A DNA stretch of 49,383 nucleotides from contig JBDRCC010000002.1 in the NCBI GenBank assembly GCA_043822065.1, positions 1-49,383 of the forward strand, in the 5' to 3' direction. The translations under genes were made by a program, and so were the position numbers. Shown here in pieces: positions 17,937 to 26,412 of this stretch (its first letter is position 1; each line of letters begins with the position of its first letter). This stretch comes from an archaeon. GTDB taxonomy: Archaea; Undinarchaeota; CAZHTU01; JBDRCC01. Under the pieces are notes generated by a model. The model was not told the origin of the DNA, did no database searches, and worked only from the letters and a program-made list of their open reading frames with translations.

Positions 17937-19023
17937 TTGCCTCACCACCGGCAAGCGCGCGGTCAGACGCGCCCAGGATACTTACCTCTGACTTGATGAG
18001 CTCGAGCATGTTCAGGAAGGAGTGGTAGTAGAACTTGAGAAAAACGGTGTCCCTCACCAGCCCGTACGCTAGGTTAAGCGCGAGCTTTTTGTCAACGTCG
18101 GAAAACATCCCGGAAAACTCCCTGAATTCGTCAGGCACGTTTTTCTTTTTCTCATATATTGATGCGACAAGCCAGTCGCAGTAGGACTTCTTCATGGATT
18201 GCACGTATTTTATTGAGAGCTCAACGTCGTTATGGAAGTACTGCATAACCTGCGGGTGGACCCTGCCAAAATATTCAGTCAGGTAGCGCTTCAAGGCGCC
18301 TGCGCTCTCCCCTTCTGCAGAGGCGGCGACTGCATGGTTTATCCGCTGAACAGTATCACCCTGCCGCGCCTTCAGCTTCTTGCACTTGTCGGTTAGCGAC
18401 ACCAGGTTGGCGTCTACCTCCTTGAGGAGCTCCCTGTGCATTTTCGCAGTCTCGCCTTTTTCGAACTCGCTCTTTGACGGCATGAGGGAGAACATACTGG
18501 AGGATGTTTTCTTCCTCTCTTCGACCTGGTCTATCAGGCTGCTGATTACGCCCTTGTCGCTGGCGAGGATGTTTATGAAATCAAGGCGCCGGTAGCCGCG
18601 CTCCGAGTCCGACTTGAGGTAGTCGGCTATCTGCTTGTTCTGCTTCATGAGAATGCCAAGCTCATTCTTCCGCCCCACCTTGTCCGCTGGGTTGTCCAGA
18701 AAAACCGGGGCGCCGCGCTGGATTATGTCAACTTCCTTGGTAAGGTCGTCCTTCACCGCCTTCTCGAAGTCGCCCCCTATGGCTTTGTAGACATCCTTGA
18801 GCTCAGTTTCAATCCCAGTAAGCTCCTTCAGGAAAGCAGGGCCGTATTTTTCCGCCTCGTCAGACCGCAGGTTATCCGGGAGGTCCTTTTCCTTTTTGGG
18901 GTCCGGATTAATCCTGTCGCGGCTTGGGCTGTCTCCCTTGATGCGCTCAGCTACGCGGCGGAAGAAACCGATAATCCTCTGGACGAACCCTATTATGGCG
19001 GACACGAAATTCGGAAGTGCCAT
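17929..19023 (-). CDS. Hypothetical helical protein (364 aa) with N-terminal amphipathic helix
   Basis: MALPNFVSAIIGFVQRIIGFFRRVAERIKG; TATA-like TTTAATATA upstream on the minus strand. Confidence 0.85.
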   Translation of the reverse strand: MALPNFVSAIIGFVQRIIGFFRRVAERIKGDSPSRDRINPDPKKEKDLPDNLRSDEAEKYGPAFLKELTGIETELKDVYKAIGGDFEKAVKDDLTKEVDIIQRGAPVFLDNPADKVGRKNELGILMKQNKQIADYLKSDSERGYRRLDFINILASDKGVISSLIDQVEERKKTSSSMFSLMPSKSEFEKGETAKMHRELLKEVDANLVSLTDKCKKLKARQGDTVQRINHAVAASAEGESAGALKRYLTEYFGRVHPQVMQYFHNDVELSIKYVQSMKKSYCDWLVASIYEKKKNVPDEFREFSGMFSDVDKKLALNLAYGLVRDTVFLKFYYHSFLNMLELIKSEVSILGASDRALAGGEANG

Positions 19024-19103
19024 ACTTATTAGTTATTGGGCGATACAGTATATTAAACTTGAGGTAAAAAGGTTTTAATAGTGGAAGGGGGATAATTATA
19101 GCC

Positions 19104-20597
19104 ATGGACCCAATAACCGTCGGGCTATTGATTGCTGTGTTTGGTGGAGTCGCTTACGTAGTAAGCCGGGGCGGCGGAGTGAAGAAAGAGGTCACCCAGA
19201 TAGGCGGCGCGGAGACCGCAAAGGATTTTTTTAATCTTCTCGGAAAGGCAGCGGGCAAAGGGAAGGACCGCGCCTTGAAAGCGGCTGACAAAGTGGGTGA
19301 AAAGCTTTCGCACGGCACGATAAAAGAGTATATCGGCTCCATAACCGAGAGGCTCGGTGACGCGGAGAAGCGGATAGGCGCCTTCGGCAAAGAGCTGAAG
19401 ATGGAGGGGGAAATAACCAAAGAAGAAACAGAGGAAGAGGCTAAAGTAGCTGAAAACGAGCCGGACAAGGCAGAGAAGGAAACAAAAAAGACTGCAAAGA
19501 TTTTTTCATCCCTCCGAGAAAAGAACGAGAAAGAGATATTCAACGTTGTTGAAGATATCGTATTCTTTGCCGCGATAATTGACCCGTTCAGGGTTAAGAA
19601 AGAAAAGGATTTTGATGTGGAGGAATGGTCGACTATATGTACGGACGGGACGCCAGACGACGACATAGAGGCGGTAAGGAACTCCCTGGTAGATATCCTG
19701 TCCCTGCCGCTGGCAAACACGGATGCAGTCATGAATGCGGCAACCGCCGTGCCACTTGAGAAAGGGGCACGGGTGCTGAAGGAGACTGCCACACTAGAGG
19801 AATGGGCTTCCAATGTAGTGGGCACGTTTAAGAGCGAACATGGGGCAACCCCTAACCTGGAGCCGATAGCAAAGGAGATGCACAAGCTCAGGAAGGAATA
19901 CCACGGCTGGCTGAAGGAGATGCGGCACCACGCAAAAGAGGCAGACGGGTGGCTGAAGAAGTGGGAGGGCATATTCCTGAAGTATTTCAAGGAGGAGGCG
20001 GAGAAAAAGGCGGAAGGCCTCGAAAAGGCGCGCCTCGGTAAGAGGGCAGCGCAATGGGGAAGCGTCGCACTCGCGAAGAGGAAGCTTGGCAAGAACCCCT
20101 CTGAACTGGTTGCGATAACCAATGCGGCATGCGAGTCCATGAAGGAGATTATCACGTTTTACAACTCCCTTGGCATGTTCTATGAGGAGCTTAAGGCGAA
20201 TAAGGACCTCATAAACAAGCTGGCTGAAATTGAGATTGAGCTGCTGAGGCGGGAAGGTGAAGAGGAAACCGCAAAGAAAGCGGAAGGGGAGAGCCCGAAA
20301 GAGGCGGAGAAGGACACCAAGAAGGAGCAGAAGGAGGAAGCTGCCGAAACCGTTGAAGAAGAAACCGTTGAGGACCAAGAACAAAAGGAAAGAGATGAGA
20401 TTGCAAGAAGGCAGCAAGAGGCCCAAAACAAGAAAAAGGCGGAAAGACAAATAAGAAAAAAGAGTAGAAAGAAAGCAGGGAAAGGCGGCACATCCAAAAA
20501 GGAAGGGGGCGAAAACGCAATACAGGCGCCGCCGCCCGAAAAAACTGCCCCGGCTGCGGCAAGCACGCCGAGCCCGCCTGCGCCAAGCGGACCATAA
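19104..20597 (+). CDS. Membrane-anchored coiled-coil hypothetical protein (497 aa)
   Basis: N-terminal TM (ITVGLLIAVFGGVAYVV), E/K-rich helices, K-rich and P/A-rich tail; TTTTAATA upstream. Confidence 0.85.
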   Translation: MDPITVGLLIAVFGGVAYVVSRGGGVKKEVTQIGGAETAKDFFNLLGKAAGKGKDRALKAADKVGEKLSHGTIKEYIGSITERLGDAEKRIGAFGKELKMEGEITKEETEEEAKVAENEPDKAEKETKKTAKIFSSLREKNEKEIFNVVEDIVFFAAIIDPFRVKKEKDFDVEEWSTICTDGTPDDDIEAVRNSLVDILSLPLANTDAVMNAATAVPLEKGARVLKETATLEEWASNVVGTFKSEHGATPNLEPIAKEMHKLRKEYHGWLKEMRHHAKEADGWLKKWEGIFLKYFKEEAEKKAEGLEKARLGKRAAQWGSVALAKRKLGKNPSELVAITNAACESMKEIITFYNSLGMFYEELKANKDLINKLAEIEIELLRREGEEETAKKAEGESPKEAEKDTKKEQKEEAAETVEEETVEDQEQKERDEIARRQQEAQNKKKAERQIRKKSRKKAGKGGTSKKEGGENAIQAPPPEKTAPAAASTPSPPAPSGP

Positions 20598-20650
20598 CCT
20601 TAGCCCACCAGAGGATAGCTTTAAATAATTTCTTGCGTTTTAGATTACCC

Positions 20651-21547
20651 ATGCGCAAACAGAGGATTGCTTTTTGCACTATAGTCCTGCTTTTAGCGTT
20701 CAGCATGCCTGCCCTTGCCGCCGCGCAGGAGGTCAAGGTCGGCACTTACATACTCAACATAGGCGAGTACGACATCGAGAAGGGCGCCTACAAGGCGGAC
20801 TTCTACCTGTGGTTCAAATGGGACGGGGAGCTGTCACCGGAGGGCTTCGAGCTGATGAACGGGGACAGGTCAAGCTCCACCAAGATAATTGATGAGCCAG
20901 GCTATCTTTTTTACAGGATACGGGCGAACCTGCACGAAAACCCTGACCTGCACCTCTACCCGAAGGACACCCAGAGCCTCACAATAAAGATAGAGGACAG
21001 CATGTACAACTCAAAACAGCTGGTCTACGTGCCGGATTATGAGGAGATTGGAATGAGCGGCGAAGTCGAAATCAGGAACTGGGACATAGTAGACGCAGAA
21101 GCGCGTGTAAAAGAGAACTACTACCCAAACTGGAAGGAGAACTACAGCAGGTACACTTATGAGGTTAGGATGGGCAGGCCGTCGTCTGCCTACTGGAGGA
21201 TTATACTCCCAATACTCTTCGTCGCAATAACCGCGTGGGCATGCTTCCTTTTGCCGGTCCACAAGATTGAGGCAAAGCTGGCGCTTGGGGGGACAGCCCT
21301 TCTGTCTGCGGTGGTCCTGCACATACTGATAATAGAGTCAATACCGCCGATAGGGTACCTCACCCTTGCAGACAGGTACATAATAGCGCTCTACTCGCTC
21401 CTTGTGTTTTCCCTGGTGTCTATGATAATGGTTGAGAGGCACCTCCTCAAGGAGAGGCACAAGGAAGCCGCAAGGGACAACCTGCGGTTTGCGCTCGGGG
21501 CGCTCGCAGTGCCGGCAGTGATGTTTTTCCTCCTCACCCTCTTATAA
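20651..21547 (+). CDS. Pentameric ligand-gated ion channel (prokaryotic Pro-loop receptor, GLIC/ELIC-like)
   Basis: Signal peptide; VKVGTYILNI..YD...GAYKADFYLWFKW; Pro-loop DLHLYPKDTQSL; WDI; pre-M1 R, M1 RIILP, M2-M3 loop IPPIGYLTLAD; four TM helices. Confidence 0.88.
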   Translation: MRKQRIAFCTIVLLLAFSMPALAAAQEVKVGTYILNIGEYDIEKGAYKADFYLWFKWDGELSPEGFELMNGDRSSSTKIIDEPGYLFYRIRANLHENPDLHLYPKDTQSLTIKIEDSMYNSKQLVYVPDYEEIGMSGEVEIRNWDIVDAEARVKENYYPNWKENYSRYTYEVRMGRPSSAYWRIILPILFVAITAWACFLLPVHKIEAKLALGGTALLSAVVLHILIIESIPPIGYLTLADRYIIALYSLLVFSLVSMIMVERHLLKERHKEAARDNLRFALGALAVPAVMFFLLTLL

Positions 21548-22086
21548 TGAAAAAGGCAGACTTATCTAGATTCCATTATTTTCTCGGACCCAGGGTCACG
21601 GTTATAGTCACGGCTGGCGAGAAGCCGAACTCCATGGTCGCGAGCTGGGTGAGCCCAGTCTCGTTCGACCCGCCGATGGTCGGGGTTGCAATCGGCGAGA
21701 GCCGGTTCACCCACCAAAAGATAGCGGAGTCCGGGCAGTTTACAATTTCTACCGTGACAAAAGACATTGCGAAGGACGCAGACCGCCTTGGGCACAGCCA
21801 CGGGCACAAGTCTGACAAGTATAAAGGGGTAAAGCTCAAGCCGGAGAAAACGCCGGCTGGCTGGATTCTCAAGGGCGCGGCTGTGAACATCGCCTGCAGA
21901 TTGTCTGGGTCATACAAAATTGGCGACCACACCTGGTTCGTAGGCGAAGTGAAGGAGATTCTTGTCGACGAGAAAAAGGACGACGGCGTCGGGATAAAGC
22001 CGACGGAGATTTTGTACTGGCGGCAGTCAAAGGATTTGGAAGACACGTGGACGCTCAAACCGAGGGAAAATTTATCAAAAAACTGA
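21547..22086 (+). CDS. Flavin reductase-like (split-barrel) protein
   Basis: PNSMVASWVSPVSFDPPMVGVAI...RFTH..I..SGQFTI, GDHTWFVGEV. Confidence 0.9.
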   Translation: MKKADLSRFHYFLGPRVTVIVTAGEKPNSMVASWVSPVSFDPPMVGVAIGESRFTHQKIAESGQFTISTVTKDIAKDADRLGHSHGHKSDKYKGVKLKPEKTPAGWILKGAAVNIACRLSGSYKIGDHTWFVGEVKEILVDEKKDDGVGIKPTEILYWRQSKDLEDTWTLKPRENLSKN

Positions 22087-22120
22087 AAGGTTTATAAACA
22101 GCCGGACCCACCGGCAGGTT

Positions 22121-22531
22121 ATGAGGCTTTACTTGGACACAAACATCTATATTGATTACTGGGAAGGCAGGCACGAAGGCATCCGTCCTTTGGGGGAATT
22201 CGCATTCCAGCTTCTTAAGAGGGCGATTAGATGTGAATTTGTTATAGTGTATTCCGACCTCGTAGTTTACGAGATATCTGCCCACTGCGGGATGCCTGAC
22301 GCGGAGGTTTTTGAAACGTTTTTCAGGGAGCTTCAAAAGAAAAACAAGCTTGAGTATGTGAAGGGCTACAACAAATTAGTGGCAACTGAAATTGCAGGGA
22401 GAACCGGAATCCCGCTTCCGGACGCAGTTCATATCGTTCTTTCAAAAAAGGCAAACGCTATCCTCGTGAGCCGCGACCAGCATCTTTTGCACGCAGAGGG
22501 AGTGGGAGCTCGAATGCCCGAGGATTTTTAG
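22121..22531 (+). CDS. PIN-domain VapC-type ribonuclease toxin
   Basis: YLDTNIYID, VVYEI, PDAVHI, LVSRDQHL; TTTATAAA at 22091-22098. Confidence 0.88.
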   Translation: MRLYLDTNIYIDYWEGRHEGIRPLGEFAFQLLKRAIRCEFVIVYSDLVVYEISAHCGMPDAEVFETFFRELQKKNKLEYVKGYNKLVATEIAGRTGIPLPDAVHIVLSKKANAILVSRDQHLLHAEGVGARMPEDF

Positions 22532-22778
22532 CCCGCTCCTTAAGGTATTCCTCAAATATCCTCTGCCGCCCCTCACTGGACAAAGGAGGCAGACCAGGAC
22601 CTTTACCCTTCCGTGACTCCAGGCTCCGAATTAGCCTCTGCGTTTCTATTTCGCCCAGCAGCCGCCGCACCGCATCCCGGATAAAGTCAGTGCGGGAGGC
22701 GTAGCGCCCGTTCTTAGTTTCCTGGTCGATTTCCGCCAACAGTTTTTTTTCCAGCTTCATGGATATCATCTGGGGCAT
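22458..22778 (-). CDS. Ribbon-helix-helix (CopG-like) regulator / putative antitoxin
   Basis: ISMKLEKKLLAEID...GRYASRTDFIRDAVRRLL. Confidence 0.82.
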   Translation of the reverse strand: MPQMISMKLEKKLLAEIDQETKNGRYASRTDFIRDAVRRLLGEIETQRLIRSLESRKGKGPGLPPLSSEGRQRIFEEYLKERAKNPRAFELPLPLRAKDAGRGSRG

Positions 22779-22830
22779 GGTATATACGTTGTATGTAAGG
22801 CTTATATACTTTGCCGCCTACCGGCGGCTT

Positions 22831-24033
22831 ATGCTCTTTGAGGCGCTGCTGTCGGTTCTCGCAGGCATCTGTGTCGGGACGTTCACTGGCTTAGTCCCTG
22901 GCATCCATGTCAATACGGTAGTGGCAGCGCTCCTTGGCGCGAGGCTACGCTATGACCCACTCCTACTTTCGGTTTTCATATTCTCAGTTGCAATAACGCA
23001 CACGTTCCTGGACTTCGTGCCATCCGTCCTGCTAGGGGTCCCTTCGGAGGACACTGCGCTTGCGATACTCCCTGCGCACAGGATGGTCCTCGCAGGCAGG
23101 GCAGCAGAGGCCATCAAGCTAACGCTCATAGGGAGCATTGCCTGCCTTGCGCTTGGGGCAGCGCTCATGCCGCTGTACCTTAAGGCTATACCTGCAGTCT
23201 ACGGCGCAATCGAGCCGCACCTTGGCTACATACTGGTCTCGTGCTCGGTGATATTGATTTTGTCGGAGGGGGGCGACAAGAGGCTGTGGGCGGCGGCAGT
23301 CTTCCTTTGCTCCGGCGCCTTGGGGATGGCGAGCATGCGGATGCTCCAAATCCGCGAGCCCCTTTTGCCCTTGCTGACCGGGCTTTTCGGGTTCAGCCTG
23401 ATACTGTTAAACCTGAGAAACAAAGTGCAGATTCCTGTGCAAGTGGATGCGCGCGTCGATATAGCGAAGGCAAGCCTCGCGCGGGGGATTTTTGGCGGGA
23501 CGCTGGCAGGCTCCATAGTCGGCTTTCTCCCGGGCTTTGGCCCGAGCCAGGCGGCAGTCATGGCAGGGGCGCTTGTAGGCAACAAAAGCGACAGGGAGTT
23601 TCTCGTCACCCTTGGCGGGATAAACACCGCAAACATGCTCTTCACCCTGGTTGCGTTCCTGACCATAGGCAAGACGCGGAGCGGCGCAGTTGCGGGAATA
23701 AGCCGGCTGATAGGCATCGACATGCAGTCAACACTCCTGCTAATTGGTGCCGCGCTGTTGGCCGGAGGAATTTCGCTGGCAGTGGGGATGAAGATGGCTG
23801 TTGTGTTCCCTAAGGCAATACGAAGGATAGACTACACTAAGCTGAATGCGGCTGTCGCTACAGGGGTTTTTCTTATAGTCGCTGCGCTTAGCGGCTTGTT
23901 CGGAATAGCGGTTCTGCTGACGGCAACCGCGCTGGGGCTTGCGGCGCACTTCGCCGGCGTGAGGAAGATGCACCTCATGGGGGCGCTGATTGTCCCGGCT
24001 GCGTTGTGGTTTCTTGGTCCAGCTTCTTTTTGA
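22831..24033 (+). CDS. TctA-family (tripartite tricarboxylate transporter permease-like, archaeal DUF112) membrane protein
   Basis: GTFTGLVPGIHVN, THTFLDFVPSVLLGVP, LPAHRMVLAGR, GFLPGFGPSQAA, GKTRSG; ATG 22831 downstream of TTATATA. Confidence 0.88.
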   Translation: MLFEALLSVLAGICVGTFTGLVPGIHVNTVVAALLGARLRYDPLLLSVFIFSVAITHTFLDFVPSVLLGVPSEDTALAILPAHRMVLAGRAAEAIKLTLIGSIACLALGAALMPLYLKAIPAVYGAIEPHLGYILVSCSVILILSEGGDKRLWAAAVFLCSGALGMASMRMLQIREPLLPLLTGLFGFSLILLNLRNKVQIPVQVDARVDIAKASLARGIFGGTLAGSIVGFLPGFGPSQAAVMAGALVGNKSDREFLVTLGGINTANMLFTLVAFLTIGKTRSGAVAGISRLIGIDMQSTLLLIGAALLAGGISLAVGMKMAVVFPKAIRRIDYTKLNAAVATGVFLIVAALSGLFGIAVLLTATALGLAAHFAGVRKMHLMGALIVPAALWFLGPASF

Positions 24034-24067
24034 AAGAAGGTGGATGGGGGCGCTGATTGTCCCGGCT
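23977..24067 (+). repeat. Exact 24-bp direct repeat duplicating the 3' end of the TctA-family gene
   Basis: ATGGGGGCGCTGATTGTCCCGGCT at 23977-24000 and 24044-24067. Confidence 0.95.
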
Positions 24068-24137
24068 ATATCCTGGTTCATGCAAGCTGGAACTGGTGTG
24101 GGTTAAGTTTAAATTCTATTGGGATATAGCTGTTTCA

Positions 24138-24998
24138 ATGAAAGACAAGATTCTGGAGTATGTCAAATCACACGGGCCATGCACTCCAGTAGAGATAGCT
24201 CAGAAGCTCAGCCTCAACTCAATGATTGCCTCCGCAGTGACTGCAGACCTTATAGGCAAGGGCATATTGAAGAGCCGGAAGAATGTCGGCAGCCAGAACC
24301 TCTATTTCACCCCCTCACAGGCGGACAAGGCGAGGATAAGGATATTCCAGAGCATGGAGGAGCGGGAGCAGCGTTTCCTTAAGGAGCTCCAGAACAAGAA
24401 GGTCATTTTGGAGGGCGATTACCAGAATAGGCTGATTGAGGAGTTCTCAGATTTCCTGGAAGAGTTTGACTTCGGGGACAAGAGGGCATGGAAGTGGTTC
24501 GAGATTAGCTCATCCGAGGCGCTTGATGCGCTAAAGAGGCGGCTTGGGAAATCGGACAAGCCGAAATCCGAGGCAAAGGCGGAAAAGCTGGCGCCTTCGG
24601 CCAGCCTGCCGAAGCCGGTCAAGCTGCCGCTGCCAAAGCCGGCACAGCGGGCAGCCAAGATAATCGGCGGAGAAAGCTATGCTGATATTGTTGTCGAATG
24701 GCTTGAGTCCCAGGGGGCGAAGGTTGGGGAGGTAGAGGAAATAAAGAAGGATAAATACTGGAGGTTCACGGCGTCCGTGCCGACGCCGCTTGGGAGCCAG
24801 AAGTACCTGGTCATCGTGATAAAGGAAACCAAGAGGGAGGCTGGGGCGAAGGACATAAAAGCCGCCTTCGACAGCGCGGTCAAGGACAAGCTCCCGGTCA
24901 TAATGGTGTCGTCAACGGGGTTTGCGAAGTCTGCCGAGAAATCCTGGAGCAAGGACTACAGGAACATGATAAGCCTCGTGGACGCCAGGACCCTCTGA
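24138..24998 (+). CDS. Hypothetical protein: N-terminal winged HTH plus C-terminal Mrr/restriction-endonuclease-like fold
   Basis: KILEYVKSHGPCTPVEIAQKL...VGSQNLYF; C-terminal GAKDI...VIMVSSTGFAKSA. Start at ATG 24138. Confidence 0.7.
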   Translation: MKDKILEYVKSHGPCTPVEIAQKLSLNSMIASAVTADLIGKGILKSRKNVGSQNLYFTPSQADKARIRIFQSMEEREQRFLKELQNKKVILEGDYQNRLIEEFSDFLEEFDFGDKRAWKWFEISSSEALDALKRRLGKSDKPKSEAKAEKLAPSASLPKPVKLPLPKPAQRAAKIIGGESYADIVVEWLESQGAKVGEVEEIKKDKYWRFTASVPTPLGSQKYLVIVIKETKREAGAKDIKAAFDSAVKDKLPVIMVSSTGFAKSAEKSWSKDYRNMISLVDARTL

Positions 24999-25036
24999 AT
25001 AATAAGATATTTAAGCACTCCGCCCTTTGTGTTTTT

Positions 25037-25597
25037 ATGGCAGAGGACAGCTTTGCAAAAAAAATTTATAGCCTCGTTGTAGTAAACACGCTCGACAAAG
25101 CGCACGATAGGTTCGACATCCACGGGCTTGTTGCCGGCACGATAGTAAGCACGTTCGGCTTCCTTATCTGCCTCTTGGCAAGCTATGTGTTCGCGTATAA
25201 TAATTTCCTCCAGGCGTCCGGGCTGGTTGCGGAACTCGGCGTTTTCGCCTACCTGTCCATAGTCCTGCACCACTATTTTGAGTTCAAGCGGGAGCTTTGG
25301 AAAACCCTCAAAAGGCCGGTGAGGAAGGCAGAGAACATTTTGCTCATAGCCGGAACCGCCATGCTGATGGTCATTGTCTACATATTCCTGCTGAACTCCG
25401 CAATCGGCGTTATCCGGTTCTACCGTATTGTCGCAGGTACGGGAAAGCTTTTTGTCTTCATCAGGTCCATGCCTGGCCTGCTCGTGCTCGCGCTTCCGCT
25501 GTTCACCTGGAAGCAGCTGTGCAAGTTCACCCCAGTGGATGAGTTTGTAAAATGGGTGATGGCAGGGTATCGTGGAGGAAAAGATGGCGGGAAATGA
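25037..25597 (+). CDS. Hypothetical multi-pass membrane protein
   Basis: About four hydrophobic segments; TATA-like ATTTAAG upstream. Confidence 0.75.
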   Translation: MAEDSFAKKIYSLVVVNTLDKAHDRFDIHGLVAGTIVSTFGFLICLLASYVFAYNNFLQASGLVAELGVFAYLSIVLHHYFEFKRELWKTLKRPVRKAENILLIAGTAMLMVIVYIFLLNSAIGVIRFYRIVAGTGKLFVFIRSMPGLLVLALPLFTWKQLCKFTPVDEFVKWVMAGYRGGKDGGK

Positions 25598-25865
25598 GAC
25601 CACCACCGAGCCAGGCCCGATATCCGGGGCATTAAACACCATAGACAAGCTGCTTAACGTATTTGACAACATAGTCGCTGCGATAGTATGGGTAAACGCC
25701 CAGTTCGCATCCCTTGGGCTCACGCAGCCGCAGATTTACGCAATACTAGGCATAATCGCGCTTGTGGCATTCCTCTTCTCCCTCAGGTTCTTTGAGATAA
25801 TTTCCAAGGTGCTTATAGTCGGGCTGATACTGTTTGTGGTAGTAAGCATTTTAGGGATAGTCTGA
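25584..25865 (+). CDS. Small membrane protein
   Basis: GGAGG before ATG 25584; hydrophobic C-terminal helices; TGATG coupling to the next gene. Confidence 0.72.
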   Translation: MAGNETTTEPGPISGALNTIDKLLNVFDNIVAAIVWVNAQFASLGLTQPQIYAILGIIALVAFLFSLRFFEIISKVLIVGLILFVVVSILGIV

Positions 25866-26410
25866 TGCCAGTATATCAGCCAAGAGAGGACTCGTTCCTT
25901 ATTTTCAACAGCATGAGGATACCTGCTGGCGCAGATGTCTTGGACATGGGAACCGGCACTGGCCTCCTGGCGATTGAGGCAGCGCGAAGGGCGAGACGGG
26001 TTGTCGCGGCTGACAAGTCGCATGAGGCAGTAGAGTACACCAAGAGCGCCTGCAGGCGGATGAACGCCAGAAATATAGAAGTAATCCAGAGCGACCTCTT
26101 TGAGAAGGTGGCTGGGCAGTTTGACGTCATACTGTTCAACCCGCCGTACTTGCCCGCGGACGCAGACCCGCGGTCCAACGACGCGGCATGGACCGGAGGC
26201 GAGACCGGGCAGGAGGTAATCTGGAGGTTTGCCAGGGATGCGCGGGAGCACCTTAAGGAGAGCGGCGCGATATTCCTGGTCGTCAGCAGCCACACCGGGA
26301 TAGACGAGACCGCCAAGATGCTCAAGGACATGAAGTATGCAGTAAGCGCCGTGGCAGAGGAGCGCTTCAGCTTTGAGAAGCTGGTGCTGCTAGAGCTGCG
26401 GGCAGTATAG
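25865..26410 (+). CDS. mtq2: HemK2/Mtq2-type N5-glutamine methyltransferase
   Basis: VYQPREDSFL, VLDMGTGTG, SDLF, FDVILFNPPYLP, WTGGETG. Confidence 0.88.
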   Translation: MPVYQPREDSFLIFNSMRIPAGADVLDMGTGTGLLAIEAARRARRVVAADKSHEAVEYTKSACRRMNARNIEVIQSDLFEKVAGQFDVILFNPPYLPADADPRSNDAAWTGGETGQEVIWRFARDAREHLKESGAIFLVVSSHTGIDETAKMLKDMKYAVSAVAEERFSFEKLVLLELRAV

Positions 26411-26412
26411 GC

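Noticed and set aside
10988-20597. Provirus or integrative element as explanation of the orphan block
   Set aside because: No integrase, terminase, capsid, packaging ATPase, tRNA target or att repeats seen; not excluded but unsupported.
23977-24067. CRISPR mini-array or DGR template/variable repeat
   Set aside because: Only two copies, the first inside a coding sequence; no cas or RT genes; flanking mismatches are not adenine-specific.
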